Below the pieces are notes generated by a model. That model worked only from the letters and a program-made list of their open reading frames with translations, made no database searches and was not told where the DNA came from. From an uncultured Acidimicrobiaceae bacterium (GTDB taxonomy: Bacteria > Actinomycetota > Acidimicrobiia > Acidimicrobiales > UBA8190), in NCBI GenBank assembly GCA_963706205.1, contig OY970155.1, positions 1,584,064 to 1,648,063 on the forward strand: 64,000 bases of DNA. Direction: 5' to 3'. Every line of letters starts with the position of its first letter. The stretch's first letter is position 1. This document shows, one piece after another, positions 59,992 through 64,000 of this stretch. The position numbers were made by a program, and so were the translations under genes.

Positions 59992-61516
59992 ATGACCACG
60001 ACCGACCTGGCTCCGACGACCACGACGCAGAGTGAGGGGCCTGATCCCCGGCGCTACTGGTCCCTGGCCGTGATCGCCCTGGCGCAGCTCATGATCGTCC
60101 TCGACGCCTCGGTCGTCATCGTGGCCCTGCCGTCCGCTCAGCACGCGCTGCACATCTCGGTGGCCAACCGGCAGTGGGTCATGAGCTCGTACACATTGGC
60201 CTTCGGCAGCCTCCTGCTGCTGGGGGGTCGGATCGCCGACTACCTCGGCCGGCGCCGGATGTTCATCGTCGGCCTTCTCGGCTTCGGTGCCGCCTCCGCC
60301 CTCGGCGGCCTGGCCCAGAACTCGGCCATGCTGTTCGGAGCCCGCGCCCTCCAGGGCGCCTTCGCCGCCGTGATGGCCCCGGCGGCTCTGTCCCTTCTCA
60401 CCGTCACCTTCACCGAAGCCCGCGAGCGGGCCCGCGCCTTCGGTGTCTACGGCGGCATCTCCGGCGGTGGGGCCGCCATCGGCCTCGTCCTCGGTGGGAC
60501 CCTTACGCAACTGGCGTCGTGGCGGTGGACCCTCCTCATCAACGTCCCCATCGCCGCCGTCGCCGCCGTGGCGGCGAGGCGTGTGGTCCGTGAGAGCCGG
60601 GGAGAGTCGAAGGCGGGATACGACCTGCCCGGTGCCGTCACCGTCACCGGCGGATTGTTCCTCCTCGTCTACGGCTTCACCATGGCCGGCACCCACGGAT
60701 GGGGAGCCCCACTCACGATGGCCCTGTTGGCCGGCTCGGTCGTCCTGTTGGCCGTGTTCGCCGCCATCGAGCTGCAGTCGAAGCACCCGCTGCTGCCGCT
60801 GCGCGTCGTCCTCGACCGCAACCGGGGCGGCTCGTACCTCGCCTCGCTGCTGGTCGGCAGCGCCCTGTTGGGGACGTTCCTCTTCCTCACCTACTACTTC
60901 CAGGGGACGCTGCACTACTCGGCGCTCAAGACCGGCTTCGCCTTCCTGCCCTTCTCCGGCGGGATCATCATCGGGGCGGGACTGGCCAGTCGTCTCCTGC
61001 CACGGGTTGGTCCCCGCGCTCTGATGGTGGCCGGACTGACCCTGGCCGCCGGCGGGCTCGTCTGGTTCACCCGTCTGGGCATCGACAGCTCGTACCTCGG
61101 GCTGTCGCTCCCGGCCGAGGTGATGGTGAGCTTGGGCATGGGGATGACGTTCGTCCCCATGAGCAGCACCGCCCTGATCGGCGTCGAGCCCAAGGACGCC
61201 GGGAGTGGCGAGCGCCTTGGTCAACACCACCCAGCAGGTCGGGGGTTCACTGGGCACGGCGTTGCTCAACACGCTGGCCGCCACCGCCGCCACCTCCTAT
61301 CTGGCCACCCACGCCAGGACGCTGGCGGGGGCCCGCGCCGCCGCCGTCCACGGGTACACGACCGCCTTCACGGTGAGCGCCGTCCTGCTGGCCGCCGCCG
61401 CCGTCGTGGCCGGTGTCCTCGTCCGGGCTTCGCGGGACCAGGTACAAGCCGAGCCGGCCACGGTCACCGAGCTCCCCGCCCTGGAACCCGAGATGGTGCT
61501 GGAGTCAGTCAGCTGA
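59992..61516 (+). pseudogene. DHA2-family MFS transporter interrupted by one +1 frameshift near 61204
   Basis: ATG at 59992 (RBS GACGGAGG) in ORF 59836..61650 reads a good MFS up to ...STALIGVEPKDAG, then turns to nonsense. ORF 61205..61516 continues VASALVNTTQQVGGSLGTALLNTLAA... Junction is gcc ggg [a] gtg gcg. Confidence 0.8.
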
Positions 61517-61534
61517 CGTCGGCGTCGGCGGTAC

Positions 61535-62272
61535 TCAACCCGACAACGCCTTCAACCCGAGGTCGAGCAGGTGGTCGAAGAACACGTCGGGCTCCTGGAA
61601 CATCCAGTCGTGGTCCATCGGCCGCCCGTCGGGCGCGGAGGCGACCGTGAAGGTGGCGTGGAGTTCGTGGGCCAGGCGCCGTCCGTCGGAGCCGTTCAGT
61701 ATCGAGTCCCGGTTGGCCCACAGGACATGGGCGGGGATGCCGGCCCGCGCCACCTCCTTGGCGTCGGTCTCCCTCCCACTGGTGAAACCCCACCAGGCGG
61801 CCCCGACCAGCTGACGGGGGTGGTCGACCGAGGTCCGGACGAAGGCCGACGCCGCGTTCGGGGTGGCGAGCCGCAAAAGCGCTATCGGATGACGAAGAAC
61901 CTCGTGGGCGAGTGTCCATTCCCGTGACGCGGCCAACGTGTCCGAGAACACGAGCTCGACCACCCGGTCGGGCCATCGCGAGGCGAAACCGAGCTCGATG
62001 CCGCCGCCGAAAGAGTGACCGAGAAGGCTGACCCCGTCGAGGCCGAGATGATCGAGGGTCTCGCACAGGGCGTCGACCACCTTGGAATAGCGCCACCGGC
62101 CGTGCACGGCGAACAGGTCTGGTACGAGCACCCGGCAACGCGTAGCCAGGAGGTCGGCCAGCGGGCGGTACACGGCCGGCCGCATGGCGAAGCCGTGCAA
62201 CAGGACGAGAGGGAAACCGACCCCGGTGTCGATGGGGACCTCGAGCCGGCTCATGGGACCCGAGCTTGGCAA
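61535..62272 (-). CDS. alpha/beta-fold hydrolase
   Basis: 245-aa ORF with VLLHGFA and GHSFGGG nucleophile elbow. Confidence 0.75.
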   Translation of the reverse strand: MPSSGPMSRLEVPIDTGVGFPLVLLHGFAMRPAVYRPLADLLATRCRVLVPDLFAVHGRWRYSKVVDALCETLDHLGLDGVSLLGHSFGGGIELGFASRWPDRVVELVFSDTLAASREWTLAHEVLRHPIALLRLATPNAASAFVRTSVDHPRQLVGAAWWGFTSGRETDAKEVARAGIPAHVLWANRDSILNGSDGRRLAHELHATFTVASAPDGRPMDHDWMFQEPDVFFDHLLDLGLKALSG

Positions 62273-62394
62273 GGATCGGTTCCCGGTGCGACTCGCGCAC
62301 CGGGACCGGAGTCCGGACGCCGAAACCGGTCGGCGGCATCCGTCGACGAGCCCTGCCTGGCGGGCGGCAACCGACGCGTGGCACTGTTCAATCC

Positions 62395-63168
62395 GTGCGC
62401 GGCGGGAGCAGATTCGCCAGGAAGGTTCCGGAGCTCACTGTCTACTTCTGGATTGTAAAAGTCCTGACAACGGCCATGGGGGAGTCGACGTCCGACTACC
62501 TCGTCCACGTGCTCGATCCGGTCGTCGCCGTGGGTCTGGGTGCAATCGGGCTGACGATCGCTCTGGCCCTTCAGTTCTCCGCGCGCCGCTATGTGGCGTG
62601 GATCTACTGGCTGGCGGTGTTGATGGTGGCCGTCTTCGGTACCATGGCCGCCGACGTCTTGCATATCAAGTTCGGCGTCCCTTACGACGTCTCGACACCG
62701 TTCTTCGCCGTCGTACTGGCCATCGTCTTCGTCGTCTGGAACGCCAGTGAGAAGACGCTGTCCATCCACAGCATCGACGGGCCCCGACGTGAAGTGTTCT
62801 ACTGGGCGGCCGTCGTGACCACGTTCGCGCTGGGAACGGCTGCCGGTGACATGACGGCGATCACCCTGCACCTCGGTTATCTGGTGTCGGGCGTCTTCTT
62901 CGCCGGGCTGATCGCCGTCCCGGCCCTGGGCTATCGAATCTTGGGCCTGAACGAGATCTTCGCCTTCTGGTTCGCCTACATCGTCACCCGGCCTCTCGGT
63001 GCCTCGTTCGCCGACTGGATGGGCAAACCAAAGCGGGTCGGCGGCCTGGGCCTCGGTGACGGAAAGGTCAGCCTGGGACTGGCCATCTTGATCGCCGGAT
63101 TCGTCGCCTACCTGACGGCCAGTCGCCGAGATGTATCCGAAGACGACCCCGTTCGACAAGGGACGTGA
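62395..63168 (+). CDS. uncharacterised multi-pass membrane protein
   Basis: Tail of ORF 62266..63168. KVPELTVYFWIVKVLTTAMGESTSDYL followed by six or more hydrophobic spans. Start (GTG 62395) is uncertain. Confidence 0.55.
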   Translation: MRGGSRFARKVPELTVYFWIVKVLTTAMGESTSDYLVHVLDPVVAVGLGAIGLTIALALQFSARRYVAWIYWLAVLMVAVFGTMAADVLHIKFGVPYDVSTPFFAVVLAIVFVVWNASEKTLSIHSIDGPRREVFYWAAVVTTFALGTAAGDMTAITLHLGYLVSGVFFAGLIAVPALGYRILGLNEIFAFWFAYIVTRPLGASFADWMGKPKRVGGLGLGDGKVSLGLAILIAGFVAYLTASRRDVSEDDPVRQGT

Positions 63169-63206
63169 GAGCCCGCGTCGCCGCGGGCACGTCACCATCC
63201 CCGTGA

Positions 63207-64000
63207 TCATCCCGTTGCCGGGTGCGTGGGAGACGATCCGTCGGGAGCCAGCAGATCGAAGCCGTCGGGCGTGTTGAGCATGCCGGTGGCCGTGCCCGCC
63301 TGATCGTTTATCCCGTACTGCCACACCAGCGCGCCTGTCGTCGGATCGATGGCGACCATGCGGTTGCGGTAGTCGTCATTGGCCATGATCGCGCCGCTCG
63401 GCAACAACTCGGCCAGAGAGGGATGATTGAGCATCCCGGGGCCACTACCGGGTGCATAACGGTAGAGGATCCGGCCTTCACGGTTGAACTCGAGGAACTC
63501 GCCCGGAGTGGAGTAATCGGCGATGAGGTAGAGATCAGGTCCGAGCTGCTGGGGATCCGACGGGTAGCTGATCGGCAGTTGCACGGTCCAGACGAGCTTG
63601 CCCTGCGGCGTGTATTCGCTGACCCATGAACCGTTGATCTCGGAGACGAGTAGATTCCCGTCGGCCAGGGGGGTATCTCCGTTCGGTGAACCCATGGAGA
63701 CCGGCGGATTGTGGACGCAGAGACCCGTCGTACCGATCTGGTCGGCCACAGTCCCGTTGGTGTTGATGACGAGTACCCGGCAATTCTGAGCGTCGGCCAC
63801 GGTGATCTGGCCGTTCTTCAGCAGGTAGGCGTCATCAGGCTCGTGGAGATAGCCCTGGGTCGTGCCGGGCTGTTTGGGATGACCGTACGACCAGAGGATC
63901 TTGCCCGATGGGTAGCCGATCTCCACGATCGTCTCGTTCTCCTCTTGGTTGGAGATGATGGCTTTGCCGTGGTTCACGAAGAAGGCGTCGTCGGGGAAGT
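63207..64000 (-). CDS. beta-propeller repeat protein (arylsulfotransferase/NHL/PQQ-like); 5' end outside the window
   Basis: ORF 63207..63977 continues upstream past the window edge (...FFVNHGKAIISNQ). Repeated ...G.LVW... blade-like segments; G+C visibly somewhat lower than neighbours. Confidence 0.45.
   Translation of the reverse strand, partial: FPDDAFFVNHGKAIISNQEENETIVEIGYPSGKILWSYGHPKQPGTTQGYLHEPDDAYLLKNGQITVADAQNCRVLVINTNGTVADQIGTTGLCVHNPPVSMGSPNGDTPLADGNLLVSEINGSWVSEYTPQGKLVWTVQLPISYPSDPQQLGPDLYLIADYSTPGEFLEFNREGRILYRYAPGSGPGMLNHPSLAELLPSGAIMANDDYRNRMVAIDPTTGALVWQYGINDQAGTATGMLNTPDGFDLLAPDGSSPTHPATG

Overview
The window is a high-G+C, Actinomycetota-type chromosomal segment. This is judged by eye and by gene content: an F420/Ddn-like reductase, an Rv2466c-like thiol oxidoreductase, an LAxTG sortase-E substrate, and a CYP51/CYP123 locus syntenic with Mycobacterium. 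About 60 protein genes are packed tightly. They include sugar hydrolases (GH3, GH13, GH114), many oxidoreductases, three TetR-MFS efflux modules, a two-component system, an ECF sigma/anti-sigma pair, c-di-GMP proteins (PAS-GGDEF-EAL, PilZ), split LigD end-joining genes, and ArsR and GlxA regulators. I found no rRNA, tRNA, CRISPR array, transposase, integrase or phage gene. Nothing resembles a known defence island.

The most unusual signal is at the sequence level. Two operon-sized blocks (10.24-15.79 kb and 33.82-36.93 kb) carry a dense run of frameshifts, and nearly every one I resolved is a single extra base. The roughly 50 kb around them reads cleanly, apart from one isolated extra base in an MFS gene near 61204. 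The first block is the complete orthologue of the mycobacterial CYP51-ferredoxin-CYP123 cluster, whose function is unknown. It includes a possible in-frame CYP51-ferredoxin fusion.

Other items worth a second look:
- an ECF sigma factor paired with an anti-sigma carrying a seven-Asp-box propeller
- a conserved RHH plus DUF4097 gene pair with a repeat operator
- a 0.95-kb ORF-free, G-run-rich region ending in a hairpin and T-tract
- near-consensus AT-rich promoters with palindromic operators
- several truncated gene remnants

Many long ORFs in the track are antisense shadows typical of high-GC DNA and were rejected.
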